Virus record (IMG/VR): IMGVR_UViG_3300027747_001395
DNA length: 64,000 bases
DNA from: a virus
Taxonomy: Duplodnaviria; Heunggongvirae; Uroviricota; Caudoviricetes
Direction: 5' to 3' (one strand)
In this document: piece by piece, positions 20,014 to 29,590 of the stretch
How positions within the stretch are numbered: position 1 is the first letter of the stretch
Layout of the letters: every line of letters starts with the position of its first letter
Program-made: the position numbers and the translations under genes
The notes under the pieces: model-generated
Database searches by the model: none
What the model was told of the DNA's origin: nothing
Seen by the model: the letters and a program-made list of their open reading frames with translations, nothing else

Positions 20014-20427
20014 ATGTCACGAAAATCAGTATCTTGGATCTTGGATTTTACTTCCAAGCTTCCTAATGAAGAAGAAAAAATCAAATGTCTTAGAGCAAAT
20101 GATGACCCAGTTATTCTATCTGTCTTTAAGTTGGCATATGATCCAAATTTAAAGTGGGCTCTCCCCGAAGGACCGGCGCCATATGTTCCATGTCAGTATC
20201 CAAATCAGGACAATATGCTGTATATGGAAGCACGTAGGTTATATCTCTTTCTAGAAGGTATAAATCCACAGATGCCCGATTCAAAGAGACAGTCACTCTT
20301 TCTTGAACTTCTAAATGTAATTGACCCTAAGGATGCAGAACTTATCATTTCAATTAAAGATAAGAAACTTCCATATCCAGGTCTTTCTTCCGAACTAATT
20401 CTAAAAGCATTTCCAGGTCTGTATTAA
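20014..20427 (+). CDS. Hypothetical protein
   Basis: ORF of 137 aa. Confidence 0.5.
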   Translation: MSRKSVSWILDFTSKLPNEEEKIKCLRANDDPVILSVFKLAYDPNLKWALPEGPAPYVPCQYPNQDNMLYMEARRLYLFLEGINPQMPDSKRQSLFLELLNVIDPKDAELIISIKDKKLPYPGLSSELILKAFPGLY

Positions 20428-20442
20428 GGATATAATGAACAA

Positions 20443-20610
20443 ATGAGTAAGAAGTTTCCGCGCAATGATCAATATGATGATTATGATAATGACCACTACG
20501 AAAATGGTTATCGTGACCAATTGGTAGAGCGTAGAAAAAATAAAAGAATCCGCAACGCATTAAGATCAAAGGACATCTATGATCTAATGCACATTGATGA
20601 AGATTATTAA
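20443..20610 (+). CDS. Small hypothetical protein (55 aa)
   Basis: Plus-strand ORF below the track cutoff, preferred over an antisense 71-aa ORF. Confidence 0.35.
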   Translation: MSKKFPRNDQYDDYDNDHYENGYRDQLVERRKNKRIRNALRSKDIYDLMHIDEDY

Positions 20611-20930
20611 TGCCATTATATGATTTAATTGATTCAGAGACTAATAAAATACAAGAAGTGTTTATGACTTATTCTAAGTTGCAAGAATACTTAGAAGAGA
20701 ATCCTACACTTAGTCAAATGCCTGCAGCACCAGCACTTGTTTCTGGAGTTAGAGGTATTACACATAAGAATGATTCTGGTTTTAATGATATGTTATCTAG
20801 GATTGCTGAAGCTAATCCTACTTCACCATTGGCGGAAACACGAGGTTCAAAGGGAATTAAGGAATCAAAAACTCGAGATGCTGTTAGAAAACAAAGAGTA
20901 CGACAAGCATCATCTCGGTTTATGATCTAA
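20610..20930 (+). CDS. Hypothetical protein
   Basis: ORF of 106 aa with ATG overlapping TAA. Confidence 0.45.
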   Translation: MPLYDLIDSETNKIQEVFMTYSKLQEYLEENPTLSQMPAAPALVSGVRGITHKNDSGFNDMLSRIAEANPTSPLAETRGSKGIKESKTRDAVRKQRVRQASSRFMI

Positions 20931-20973
20931 GTTTATTATGCTTCTGTGATAACAATCAACATCAGGAGCTTTC

Positions 20974-21741
20974 ATGGCAGAAAGAACTCAGCGCTTAACT
21001 AAAAGACAACAAAGACTAGCTGAAAAAGGTAATCCTAGAAAAGAATGCACACCAAAAGTTCCATCTCTGCAACAACAACATTTTGAACTGAAATCTGTTG
21101 TACCAATTACGGATAATCAGATTAAAACATTTAATGCGTTTGATGATGGTGATCACATATTCTTACACGGCTGTGCAGGCACCGGTAAGACTTTCATCTC
21201 ATTTTATCTGGCACTTAAGGAAATTATGTCAGGTAAGACTAAACGAACAAAACTCATCATTATCCGTAATGCTCAATCATCAAAAGACATTGGTTTCCTA
21301 CCAGGAACTGAAAAGGAAAAACTAGCGGTTTATGAAGCTGCTTATAAAGCCATTTGTTCTGAGCTATTTAATCGCGGTGATGCATATGATGTTCTTAAGA
21401 CTAAGGGTATCATCGAGTTTCACAGTACATCATTCCTTCGTGGTACTACAATTGAAAATGCCGTTATTCTTGTAGATGAAGTGCAGAATCAGCGCTATAG
21501 TGAAATGCGTACTGTATTAACCAGAACTGGTGATAATTCTAGAATCATTCTATGTGGTGATACCAAACAGGACGATCTTACTAGTGAACGATTTAAAGAA
21601 ACTAGTGGTCTTAGAGATATGATGCGAGTTTTTGATAACATGGACTCTATGAGTACTATACATTTTGAAATTGACGACATTGTCAGATCCGGATTTGTGA
21701 AGGCTTTCATTATTGCGGAGTATAACTTAGGACTATATTAA
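20974..21741 (+). CDS. phoH: PhoH-like ATPase
   Basis: Walker A GCAGTGKTF, Walker B ILVDEVQN. The size and motifs are typical of phage PhoH. Confidence 0.8.
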   Translation: MAERTQRLTKRQQRLAEKGNPRKECTPKVPSLQQQHFELKSVVPITDNQIKTFNAFDDGDHIFLHGCAGTGKTFISFYLALKEIMSGKTKRTKLIIIRNAQSSKDIGFLPGTEKEKLAVYEAAYKAICSELFNRGDAYDVLKTKGIIEFHSTSFLRGTTIENAVILVDEVQNQRYSEMRTVLTRTGDNSRIILCGDTKQDDLTSERFKETSGLRDMMRVFDNMDSMSTIHFEIDDIVRSGFVKAFIIAEYNLGLY

Positions 21742-21752
21742 TGGAGAATATT

Positions 21753-21923
21753 ATGGATAAGAAAGAATTTGTTCAACGTTACATACTTGAAAGTTTGGAT
21801 ATTTTAGGTAACACGGAAAATAAAATTCAACGTGCAATTGTTGTTTATGATAAGATTGAAAAAGCATTTGCAGTCACACCGACTACTAATCTTTGGGACT
21901 ACAATGACATGCAGCGTTAATGT
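21753..21923 (+). CDS. Small hypothetical protein (56 aa)
   Basis: RBS ggagaatattATG. Below the track cutoff. Confidence 0.45.
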
Positions 21924-22579
21924 TTGAACATAATTTAATTGAACTGCCTCGGTTGGAACGTATTGATGGAGCAATCCGTCTATATAAAACTCCAACCGGG
22001 GCTTTATATCCTTCAGTCACTACAGTAATCGGAGCAGCAGCTGACAAGTCTGGTCTTGATGATTGGCGCCGAGCTGTAGGTGAAGAGGAAGCAAATCGAG
22101 TTTCAGCTAGAGCGGCTCGACGAGGCACGGAAGTTCACAGGCTCTGTGAGGATTTAGTTCTTAACAGACCTATTGATCTACGTAGAGAAATGCCTTTCAA
22201 TATCCAGATGTTTAAGCAATTGGAACGAAAGTTAACTGCAAATGTAACCAATGTTCGAGGTTCTGAACTATTCCTCTACTCTGATAAACTTAAGGTTGCT
22301 GGAGCTTGTGATCTTATATCTGACTATGCTGGCAAAAAGTCAATTATCGACTTTAAGACATCTGGTAAGAATAAACGGAAAGAATGGATTGAAGGCTATT
22401 TTATTCAGGCAACTCTTTATTCGATGATGTTCTATGAGCGGACTGGCCTTAAGCATTCTCAGCTTGTTATTATGATAGCAGTTGAGGAAGAAGATCAACC
22501 TCAGATCTTTATCGAGCAAGCATCCAACTATATGGCCAAAGCCAAGCAGATCTGTGATCAGTTTCACCTAACACATTAA
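21920..22579 (+). CDS. PD-(D/E)XK nuclease (RecB/Cas4/YqaJ-like)
   Basis: CDLISDY...IIDFKTSGK (D...(D/E)xK) and a downstream QATLY motif. Confidence 0.55.
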   Translation: MFEHNLIELPRLERIDGAIRLYKTPTGALYPSVTTVIGAAADKSGLDDWRRAVGEEEANRVSARAARRGTEVHRLCEDLVLNRPIDLRREMPFNIQMFKQLERKLTANVTNVRGSELFLYSDKLKVAGACDLISDYAGKKSIIDFKTSGKNKRKEWIEGYFIQATLYSMMFYERTGLKHSQLVIMIAVEEEDQPQIFIEQASNYMAKAKQICDQFHLTH

Positions 22580-22599
22580 TCTACTTTAAAACTTAAAAG

Positions 22600-22632
22600 T
22601 GCAGTAGGAATCGTTCTTGCTGCACTTTTTTG
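22600..22632 (+). terminator. Rho-independent terminator
   Basis: aagtgcag-...-ctgcactt followed by a T-run. Confidence 0.65.
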
Positions 22633-22675
22633 TTTACTTTTTTATCAGAATATGGTAGTTTAAGAATATGAGGAA
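22633..22675 (+). promoter_or_regulatory. Promoter-family repeat (variant TTTACT)
   Basis: tgTTTACTtttttatcagaatatggTAGTTTaag. Confidence 0.4.
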
Positions 22676-22692
22676 TGAGGAAGGAATTCAAA

Positions 22693-23025
22693 ATGATTAA
22701 GGTTTATCAAATCCGTCTCACCGACAATGAAGTTAATATGATCAATGGTGACTGTGGTTATACTCCCCGCATCAAGGCCTACTTTGATCGTGGGATCGAA
22801 TCAAGGTTCAAGGCTGAAAATTTCCAGTATTACGATCATGTTGCCAACGTTGATGTTGATGGCTTTGAACAGGCTTTCCGTGTTATGAACCTCTGGGAAG
22901 ATGATGAAAACTTTGATCGTGTCGAACGACTCGGTCGTTGCTCGTCTATGTCGGTTGGTGATATTGTTGCCGATCATGATGGTACTTTGTACCGTTGTGC
23001 TTCGTTTGGCTTTACTGCTCTTTAA
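22693..23025 (+). CDS. Hypothetical protein
   Basis: ATG after gaggaaggaattcaaa. The ORF-track start at 22675 is probably too long. Confidence 0.5.
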   Translation: MIKVYQIRLTDNEVNMINGDCGYTPRIKAYFDRGIESRFKAENFQYYDHVANVDVDGFEQAFRVMNLWEDDENFDRVERLGRCSSMSVGDIVADHDGTLYRCASFGFTAL

Positions 23026-23031
23026 GGATAT

Positions 23032-23457
23032 TTGATTATGACTAAGATTGTTTATAATGCTTGCTATGGAGGCTTCAGCCTTTCCCACGAGGCGATTATG
23101 CGCTATGCCGAGATCAAGGGTATTACTTTGTATCCTCACAAAGGTCAGTTTGGATTGACCAGTTATTATCTCTGTTCTATTGAAGAATATGATAGAATCC
23201 AGGCAGAAGAAAATGCTGCGCCAGTTGGACTAGGTCGTTACGCGCGATCAAATGCAATGTATTTTAGCGATAGAGATATTGAGCGCAATGATCCTATTCT
23301 AGTTCAGGTCGTAGAAGAACTTGGTGATAAAGCTAATGGTTCGCATGCCAAGTTGCGGATTGAAGAGATTTCTCCGGGCACTATGTATCGTATTGATGAG
23401 TATGATGGATATGAGTCTGTGGAAACCAAAGATAGCTATGATTGGAAAGTTGCGTAA
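23032..23457 (+). CDS. Hypothetical protein
   Basis: ORF of 141 aa. Confidence 0.5.
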   Translation: MIMTKIVYNACYGGFSLSHEAIMRYAEIKGITLYPHKGQFGLTSYYLCSIEEYDRIQAEENAAPVGLGRYARSNAMYFSDRDIERNDPILVQVVEELGDKANGSHAKLRIEEISPGTMYRIDEYDGYESVETKDSYDWKVA

Positions 23458-23467
23458 ACTTTATTGG

Positions 23468-23516
23468 TTGACATTTTTTCAAAACAATGGTAGACTAAAC
23501 TATAAGGAATGAGGAA
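23468..23516 (+). promoter_or_regulatory. Promoter-family repeat followed by leader hairpin
   Basis: TTGACAttttttcaaaacaatgGTAGACTaaactataaggaatga. Confidence 0.55.
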
Positions 23517-23579
23517 GTCGTTCGGAAATTGACGGCAGGTCTAGGTTGACTTCCTCTTCCTTTCTTTTTTGGAGACACT

Positions 23580-23783
23580 GTGATGGAATATTTTCTTGTC
23601 ATTGGTACCGTCTATCGTACTTACTACATGGACGAACAAACCAAGTTTGATGATATGAGGTTGGTTAAGGCTATCTCCGTGAGTGAAGCCGAACGCAAAT
23701 ATCATGAATATTGGTCTGGTCAGACCAACGAATACAGTGTGTATTATAGTGCCACTGGTCATGCCTTTCCCACCATTGTTTAA
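23580..23783 (+). CDS. Hypothetical protein
   Basis: ORF of 67 aa after the leader hairpin. Confidence 0.45.
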   Translation: MMEYFLVIGTVYRTYYMDEQTKFDDMRLVKAISVSEAERKYHEYWSGQTNEYSVYYSATGHAFPTIV

Positions 23784-23794
23784 GGACTTTCAAT

Positions 23795-23974
23795 ATGTTT
23801 GTAGTTTGTGCAGAACGTCCCAGTGGTCGACCTTTCATGCCACAATCTTTTTCAACGCTTGAGGAAGCTATGGACTTTCTTGATCTTCCCGGTGTTGCCA
23901 TGGGAACAATTCATTCCAAATATGCTGGTGGTCAAATTGTTTTCACTAATGATCCTGATGATATGGAGTCTTAA
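23795..23974 (+). CDS. Small hypothetical protein (59 aa)
   Basis: RBS aaggactttcaatATG. Preferred over the junk-like 97-aa ORF 23808-24101 in another frame. Confidence 0.4.
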   Translation: MFVVCAERPSGRPFMPQSFSTLEEAMDFLDLPGVAMGTIHSKYAGGQIVFTNDPDDMES

Positions 23975-23976
23975 AA

Positions 23977-24111
23977 ATGACTGGCATGGATTATTTTCTG
24001 GCAATCGTTGGTATCGTTCTCATGGCAGCACCAGAGTCGATCATCCTTCCACTCATTGGTCTAATCATCTTTCTGGTGAGCGTTCTCCCAGAGCTTGGTA
24101 GAGGTAACTAG
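23977..24111 (+). CDS. Small membrane protein (44 aa, 1-2 TM)
   Basis: RBS ggagtcttaaaaATG. Hydrophobic. Confidence 0.4.
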   Translation: MTGMDYFLAIVGIVLMAAPESIILPLIGLIIFLVSVLPELGRGN

Positions 24112-24314
24112 TGCGTATTCAAACGTTTGATGATGTAAACTTCCGAGGGCATCATCTAGTTGATGTAGTCTGGAATGTAGTCTCATCTCGGACTGGTGAA
24201 GCATATAAGATTAAAATGACTGACTATGGACTCTCCTGCAATTGTACTGCAGGTGCAATGCGTGGTAAGTGTAAGCATGCACAATTTGTTCACGATCAAC
24301 TGGTGGCAGACTAA
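24111..24314 (+). CDS. SWIM zinc-finger small protein
   Basis: CNCTAGAMRGKCKH (CxC...CxH). Confidence 0.45.
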   Translation: MRIQTFDDVNFRGHHLVDVVWNVVSSRTGEAYKIKMTDYGLSCNCTAGAMRGKCKHAQFVHDQLVAD

Positions 24315-24661
24315 TGAAAAAGAAATCTGATGTTACGATTACCGCTAAGTTTGCTCAGGAGTTTCGAGAATACAATTCTCAGATGAAACGCCTTGGTAGT
24401 AAAACTAAGACTATGGATGAATATATTACGTATCGTCTGGGTAAGTTCAGTCCAAAGCTTCGAGGTATTAAGACTGACAAGCTACAAGTCAGTGATCATC
24501 GAGACAAGTATCCTTCCGGTGAAGGTATTGGTATTTCCTTTGCTAAACAAGCCAATACGTATACTGGTACGCTGATAAAGGGCGTTTCTACTATGCATAA
24601 GTCTAATGCTGTTCCAGTCATTTCCGAAGAGGAAATGAAAGAACATTCAAAGATGCGTTGA
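24314..24661 (+). CDS. Hypothetical protein
   Basis: ORF of 115 aa. Confidence 0.5.
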   Translation: MKKKSDVTITAKFAQEFREYNSQMKRLGSKTKTMDEYITYRLGKFSPKLRGIKTDKLQVSDHRDKYPSGEGIGISFAKQANTYTGTLIKGVSTMHKSNAVPVISEEEMKEHSKMR

Positions 24662-24670
24662 GTATTAGTT

Positions 24671-25093
24671 ATGATTAAAAGAATTATTCCAATTGAAGAA
24701 CGACCTATGTGTATCGTTCAAGGTTGTTCTAATAAGGGACAGCATACGGGAAATTATAAAAAGAATGGTTATCCAAGTTTTAGAAAAACTTGCACAAAAC
24801 ATCATTCTATTAAGTATGGATTACATGATTGGCATTATAAAATTCACAGAAAAGAATTTTGTGAAAATATTGATGGTAGACTTGAATTTAAATGTACTAC
24901 AATAATTGATTACGAATGGCAACTTGATATTGATCACATTGATGGTGATCCATCAAATAATAAATTAGAAAATCTTCAGACTCTATGTAAATGTTGTCAT
25001 GCTATTAAGACTAAGACAGAACGTGACTATATGTCACCAGGAAGAAAAACTTTAAAAGAAAATGAAAGTACAATTTTTAAGTTTTTTGGTTGA
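24671..25093 (+). CDS. HNH endonuclease
   Basis: DIDHIDGDPSNN...CKCCHAIKT HNH core with Zn-binding cysteines. Confidence 0.6.
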   Translation: MIKRIIPIEERPMCIVQGCSNKGQHTGNYKKNGYPSFRKTCTKHHSIKYGLHDWHYKIHRKEFCENIDGRLEFKCTTIIDYEWQLDIDHIDGDPSNNKLENLQTLCKCCHAIKTKTERDYMSPGRKTLKENESTIFKFFG

Positions 25094-25138
25094 CATTTTT
25101 TCAAAACTATGGTAGACTAAACTATCAACTGAGGAGAT
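25090..25138 (+). promoter_or_regulatory. Promoter-family repeat
   Basis: TTGACAttttttcaaaactatgGTAGACTaaactat. Confidence 0.55.
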
Positions 25139-25142
25139 AAAC

Positions 25143-25871
25143 ATGACTTCTGATCTTACGAAAATCAAGGCTCGTATTCTGGCCCTCTCTGCCAAGACTG
25201 TTAAGAATGGTTGTACCGAAGAAGAAGCTATGACGGCTATTTCGATGGTCGGTAAACTCCTCCAGCAATACAATCTGTCGATGGATGAAGTAGAACTTCG
25301 GGCAGAGGAATGCAACACTCTGGTAATTAATACAGGAAGTAAAGTTCGGGGTGGTGTGTACTTTGCAGTTGCAGCTATTGGTTCTTTCACGGGCTGTAAG
25401 GTCTGGATTAATCGTTCACGCTTTGAATTGAATTATTCGTTCTTCGGTCAGGAGAGTGATTTGCTCATGGCAAAATATCTTTATGATCTTATTGTTGAAG
25501 CAATCAAGACCGAATCTGTAAAGTTTAAAAAGACAAGTCCTTATATTATGGCTAAGTCAAAGAAGGCAGCAACCAGTTCATTTACTGTTGGTATGGGTAG
25601 TCGCGTTGCTACTCGTCTTAACAACACCAGGAAAGAGAATGAAAAGGAACTCATTACTGCTCGAGGTGGTAATACAGCACTTGTCGTTCTAAAATCCAAG
25701 ATTGTTGATGAAGCATATCGTGATCTTGGTCTTAAGCTCAGTAAAAATAACAATAAGACCAAAATCTATGATGGGTCTGCATATCGCAGCGGTCAGGCTG
25801 CTGGTGATCGTGTAAACCTCAATCGGCCTGTGAATGGTCCCGGTGAGAAAACTCTCCAAATTTGCGGTTGA
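25143..25871 (+). CDS. DUF2786 domain protein
   Basis: N-terminal LTKIKARILALSAKT...EEEAMTAISMVGKLLQQYNL matches the DUF2786 N-terminal signature. Confidence 0.5.
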   Translation: MTSDLTKIKARILALSAKTVKNGCTEEEAMTAISMVGKLLQQYNLSMDEVELRAEECNTLVINTGSKVRGGVYFAVAAIGSFTGCKVWINRSRFELNYSFFGQESDLLMAKYLYDLIVEAIKTESVKFKKTSPYIMAKSKKAATSSFTVGMGSRVATRLNNTRKENEKELITARGGNTALVVLKSKIVDEAYRDLGLKLSKNNNKTKIYDGSAYRSGQAAGDRVNLNRPVNGPGEKTLQICG

Positions 25872-25918
25872 CATTTTTTCAAAACTATGGTAGACTAAAC
25901 CATAAGGAATGGAGATCA
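25868..25918 (+). promoter_or_regulatory. Promoter-family repeat
   Basis: Consensus copy. Confidence 0.55.
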
Positions 25919-25922
25919 ACCA

Positions 25923-26075
25923 ATGATTGAATATTATGAATATCAAGGTCTGTTGCTCAACTCCTACGAATGGGCAGGTGGTCTCGGTAAGGGACACAAG
26001 GAAGTCACCAAGAACCAGGCTGCTCGTCGGAAACAGGTAAAGTCCGGCGAAGCAATCATTGTGAAGGATAAGTAA
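25923..26075 (+). CDS. Small hypothetical protein (50 aa)
   Basis: ATG directly after the conserved leader. Below the track cutoff. Confidence 0.4.
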   Translation: MIEYYEYQGLLLNSYEWAGGLGKGHKEVTKNQAARRKQVKSGEAIIVKDK

Positions 26076-26077
26076 AG

Positions 26078-26446
26078 ATGGGTTACGAAACACGCTATTC
26101 GCTTGAGATTAAGGCTAATGTTATTCAGAAGGAAGTCAAGGGTGTAGATGCCAATGGCAAGCCTGCTTCGGTCTTTGTTTGTGAGTCTGTCGACGTTGAT
26201 GATCTGAAGAAAAAAATTGCCAATATGATTGGTTATACCTATTTGTGGTCTGATCCCTGCAAGTGGTATAATCATGAGAAGGATATGCGAGAGTTTTCTC
26301 GGATGTATCCTGATATTCTCTTCATCCTTTCTGGTGAAGGCGAAGAGTCTGGCGATCTGTGGCGTGCTTACTTCAAGAATGGTAAGATGCAAATGACCAT
26401 GGCCAAAATTGTCTACGATAAATTTGATGCTGGACAACTAAAATAA
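26078..26446 (+). CDS. Hypothetical protein
   Basis: ORF of 122 aa. Confidence 0.5.
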   Translation: MGYETRYSLEIKANVIQKEVKGVDANGKPASVFVCESVDVDDLKKKIANMIGYTYLWSDPCKWYNHEKDMREFSRMYPDILFILSGEGEESGDLWRAYFKNGKMQMTMAKIVYDKFDAGQLK

Positions 26447-26459
26447 TTTTAAAAATTGT

Positions 26460-26510
26460 TTGACATTTTTGTCGGTCCGTGGTAGACTAAACTATAAGGA
26501 ATGGAGATTG
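26460..26510 (+). promoter_or_regulatory. Promoter-family repeat
   Basis: Consensus copy. Confidence 0.55.
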
Positions 26511-26514
26511 AAAC

Positions 26515-27384
26515 ATGCCACGTGGTGTCCCTACTTCAGGTTTTCGTAAGCCCCGCGACAAGAAGGTCGTTAAGACTAAGACGGTAGCATCGGTTAAGAC
26601 AGTTCAGGTTCCTGAGGTTGTCGAGACTGATGCTGAAATCTTTAATCGGATCGTTGAGCGCTTTGAAGTTCTTGAACTGATGACTGAGGCTTCGATCACT
26701 GGTGATGCTACCTCGCTCATCGTCTCAGGTCCTGCTGGGCTCGGTAAGTCGTTTACCGTTGAAAAGGCTCTCCATGAGTGGGACCCAGAGGAATATAAAC
26801 ACACGATTGTGAAGGGCTACATTCGTCCTCCCTCACTCTATCGTCTTCTCTATCAGCATCGGGATGCTGGTCAAGTCTTGGTCTTTGATGATGCTGACTC
26901 GATCTTCTTTGATGATGTATCGCTCTCTCTTCTTAAGGCTGCATGTGACAGCAATAAGAACCGTCGCATCAGTTATCTGACGGAAGGTACCTTGCTTGAC
27001 GGTGATGCTGATATTCTGCCACGCGGTTTCGACTTCCATGGTACCGTCATCTTCATCACCAATCTTGACTTTGATGCGATGATTAACAAGGGTCACAAGC
27101 TTGCTCCTCATCTTTCAGCTATGATCTCTCGGTCGCACTACATTGATCTTGCAATGAAGACCAAGCGTGATTATCTCATTCGGATCAAGCATGTTGTTGC
27201 TAACGGAATGCTCAAGGATGACGGTCTGTCTCCTACTGCCCAGGAAGATATCATTGCTTTTATCTTCAACAACCAGGACAAGATGCGCGAACTCTCGCTT
27301 CGCATGGTCCGCAAGGTTGCTGATATTCGCCGCAAGGGTAACCCCAACTGGGAAAAGATTGCAAGAATTACCTGCTGCCGTTAA
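26515..27384 (+). CDS. AAA+/P-loop ATPase
   Basis: Walker A SGPAGLGKSF and Walker B VLVFDDAD. Confidence 0.6.
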   Translation: MPRGVPTSGFRKPRDKKVVKTKTVASVKTVQVPEVVETDAEIFNRIVERFEVLELMTEASITGDATSLIVSGPAGLGKSFTVEKALHEWDPEEYKHTIVKGYIRPPSLYRLLYQHRDAGQVLVFDDADSIFFDDVSLSLLKAACDSNKNRRISYLTEGTLLDGDADILPRGFDFHGTVIFITNLDFDAMINKGHKLAPHLSAMISRSHYIDLAMKTKRDYLIRIKHVVANGMLKDDGLSPTAQEDIIAFIFNNQDKMRELSLRMVRKVADIRRKGNPNWEKIARITCCR

Positions 27385-27390
27385 AATCGT

Positions 27391-27440
27391 TTGACATTTT
27401 TATCAAAGAAATGGTAGACTAAACTATAGGGAATGGAGAT
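27391..27440 (+). promoter_or_regulatory. Promoter-family repeat
   Basis: Consensus copy. Confidence 0.55.
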
Positions 27441-27444
27441 TGTT

Positions 27445-27684
27445 ATGACTGATCGTACCAAGCTTATCAATGACTTTCAGGAGTATGCCAATTCGCTTAG
27501 TTCCGGGTATCTCAAGACCTGGAAGGCAAACGGCATTATCTGTACTCTGACTGATAAGCGTCTTCCGATCATGGAAGATAATGTGCGACTTCTGGCATAC
27601 CTCACCAATTGCCTTGCAATGGAAGGCTTTCGTAACACTGACATTGAAAAGATTCAGCGTTGGGTTATCGGGAAGGTGGGTTAA
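27445..27684 (+). CDS. Hypothetical protein
   Basis: ATG after the leader. The ATG inside the GGAATGGAG motif at 27433 is unlikely to be the start. Confidence 0.5.
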   Translation: MTDRTKLINDFQEYANSLSSGYLKTWKANGIICTLTDKRLPIMEDNVRLLAYLTNCLAMEGFRNTDIEKIQRWVIGKVG

Positions 27685-27740
27685 TTATCCTGACTGCGAT
27701 TGAAGTTATTCGCAACGGTGAGAAAATCTTTTAAAGCAGT

Positions 27741-27790
27741 TTGACATATTTCTTGGTGTAGGTTATACATAATCTATAGGGAATGGAGAT
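27741..27790 (+). promoter_or_regulatory. Promoter-family repeat (variant)
   Basis: TTGACAtatttcttggtgtaggTTATACAtaatctataggg. Confidence 0.5.
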
Positions 27791-27794
27791 TGAC

Positions 27795-27962
27795 ATGTCA
27801 GAAGCTCGCTTTAATCCTGAAGGTAAGGAATTCCTTGGGGTCTATAGGATGCCCAACAAGCCTAATCTGAACCTTCCGGTTTTCTACGATGATAATGGCA
27901 ATACTGTCAATATCATTGGTGTGAAGGTCAACCTCAATCGAATGATTCTTGTTGAAGATTAA
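27795..27962 (+). CDS. Small hypothetical protein (55 aa)
   Basis: ATG after the leader. Its 3' end converges on the minus-strand HNH gene. Confidence 0.4.
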   Translation: MSEARFNPEGKEFLGVYRMPNKPNLNLPVFYDDNGNTVNIIGVKVNLNRMILVED

Positions 27963-28458
27963 ACTTACATCTATCAAAATGCCATCTTTTCATGGCACGA
28001 TATTGTCCTTCTTTATTACAATGTGGGCATATACTCATTGAATTGTTTTGGTTGGCTTTTAATTTACCATATTCACTTGAAAAATAAGAAGAATTTTTAG
28101 TTGGTTCTAAATTAAAAGCTTTTTGAACACATTTAATGTGTGGTGAAGAAGGTTTAATTTTCTTTCTACAACCAACACAATAACAATCTAATTTGTTCCA
28201 AGCAGGAACTTTATTAGGTTTCTTGGCGTAACCACCTTTATAAGAACCTATTATATGTGCAAGTTTTGATGCATCAGATGGGTTAATTTGTTTGGAAAGA
28301 GATTTCCAAGCTATATAATCTTCCCACTTATTATATTTCTCATATAGAATTCTATGCTCTTCTGCATGTTGTTCTATAGTGATGGTTATTAAATTTTTTG
28401 AATCATCGGTTCCTCCCATATGTCGTGGGATTATATGATGTTTATGATAAATACTCAT
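27934..28458 (-). CDS. HNH homing endonuclease (minus strand, AT-rich)
   Basis: HHIIPRHMGGTDD...N HNH signature. Own RBS ggagtatcagctATG on the minus strand. GC lower than its flanks. Confidence 0.6.
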   Translation of the reverse strand: MSIYHKHHIIPRHMGGTDDSKNLITITIEQHAEEHRILYEKYNKWEDYIAWKSLSKQINPSDASKLAHIIGSYKGGYAKKPNKVPAWNKLDCYCVGCRKKIKPSSPHIKCVQKAFNLEPTKNSSYFSSEYGKLKANQNNSMSICPHCNKEGQYRAMKRWHFDRCKFNLQQESFD

Positions 28459-28545
28459 AGCTGATACTCCATCTAGTATTAGAGCCTATGGGTACGCTAA
28501 TACCGCGATAGGCAAAAATTTATTTATAAAAATTCCTGTAGCGGG

Positions 28546-28600
28546 TTGACATTTTATCAAAACAATGTTAAACTTAATTTATCAACAACGAAGGAAGGAA
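28546..28600 (+). promoter_or_regulatory. Promoter-family repeat (variant)
   Basis: TTGACAttttatcaaaacaatgtTAAACTtaat. Confidence 0.45.
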
Positions 28601-28606
28601 TTTATT

Positions 28607-29590
28607 ATGAGTCATGAATTGGAGTTTCTTGAGAACGGCGAAGCCTCAATGGCATATGCTTATAACGGCACTGCCGGAGATGTGCCATGGCATGGTCTTG
28701 GTGTTAAGGTCGATGGTGATCTTACACCAGTTCAGATGCTTGAAGCCGCAGGTCTTGATTGGACTGTTTCTACCCAGCCTTGCTTTACTATGCTCGACGA
28801 CAAGCGCGTCCGGATTGGTAAGCAGGCGCTCGTGCGGTCCAGTGATAATGCAATCCTTGACATCATCTCTGATGACTGGGTTCCTATGCAGAACCAGGAT
28901 GCTTTCGAGTTCTTCAATGACTTTGTTGCTGCTGGTGATATGTCGATGGAAACAGCTGGTAGCCTCAAGGGCGGTAAGATCGTCTGGGCTCTTGCGGCTG
29001 TAAAGGAATCGTTCGAACTCTTCGGTGGTAAGGATAAGATTGACGCCTATCTGCACTTCACCAATCCTCACTCCTACGGTCAGTCAATCGACGTTCGGTT
29101 TACTCCAATCCGTGTGGTGTGCAATAACACTCTGACTTTGTCACTTCGGACTCAGTCCAAAAATATGGTCAAGGTTAGCCATCGCCGTGAATTTGATCCT
29201 GAACTCGTGAAGGAAACTCTTGGTGTTGCCAAGAACAAGCTTCAGGACTACAAGGCAATGGCCGAATTCCTCACAACCAAGCGCTATACCAACGAGACCA
29301 TTGTGGATTATTTCACTCGTATCTTCCCAGTGATGTCCTCGAAGGCTAATCCTCGGAAGGAACTCTCTAAGTCGGCCAGTTCTGCTCTTTCTGAGGTTCT
29401 TCACTCGCAGCCTGGAGCTGAACTCGGTGAAGGTAGCTTCTGGCAGGCATTCAATACTGTCACCTATATGACTGATCACTTGATCGGTCGCTCGGCTGAT
29501 ACCCGCCTCCAGTCGGCTTGGTATGGTACTAATCAGGGTCTCAAGACCAAGGCTCTTGAACTTGCTATGGAGATGGCTGAACATGCGTAA
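28607..29590 (+). CDS. DUF932 (phage/plasmid-like protein TIGR03299 family)
   Basis: N-terminal VPWHGLGVKV...LEAAGLDWTV motif characteristic of DUF932. Confidence 0.55.
   Translation: MSHELEFLENGEASMAYAYNGTAGDVPWHGLGVKVDGDLTPVQMLEAAGLDWTVSTQPCFTMLDDKRVRIGKQALVRSSDNAILDIISDDWVPMQNQDAFEFFNDFVAAGDMSMETAGSLKGGKIVWALAAVKESFELFGGKDKIDAYLHFTNPHSYGQSIDVRFTPIRVVCNNTLTLSLRTQSKNMVKVSHRREFDPELVKETLGVAKNKLQDYKAMAEFLTTKRYTNETIVDYFTRIFPVMSSKANPRKELSKSASSALSEVLHSQPGAELGEGSFWQAFNTVTYMTDHLIGRSADTRLQSAWYGTNQGLKTKALELAMEMAEHA

Noticed and set aside
23808-24101. 97-aa ORF from six-frame track
   Set aside because: Its composition is W, H, R and S-rich and junk-like. Two shorter same-strand ORFs with good RBSs (23795-23974 and 23977-24111) in other frames fit better.
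27433-27444. ATG inside the conserved GGAATGGAG leader motif used by the ORF track as start
   Set aside because: This ATG is part of the repeated leader. It is not used in other copies, where an in-frame stop or other frame follows. The downstream ATG with RBS spacing was preferred.
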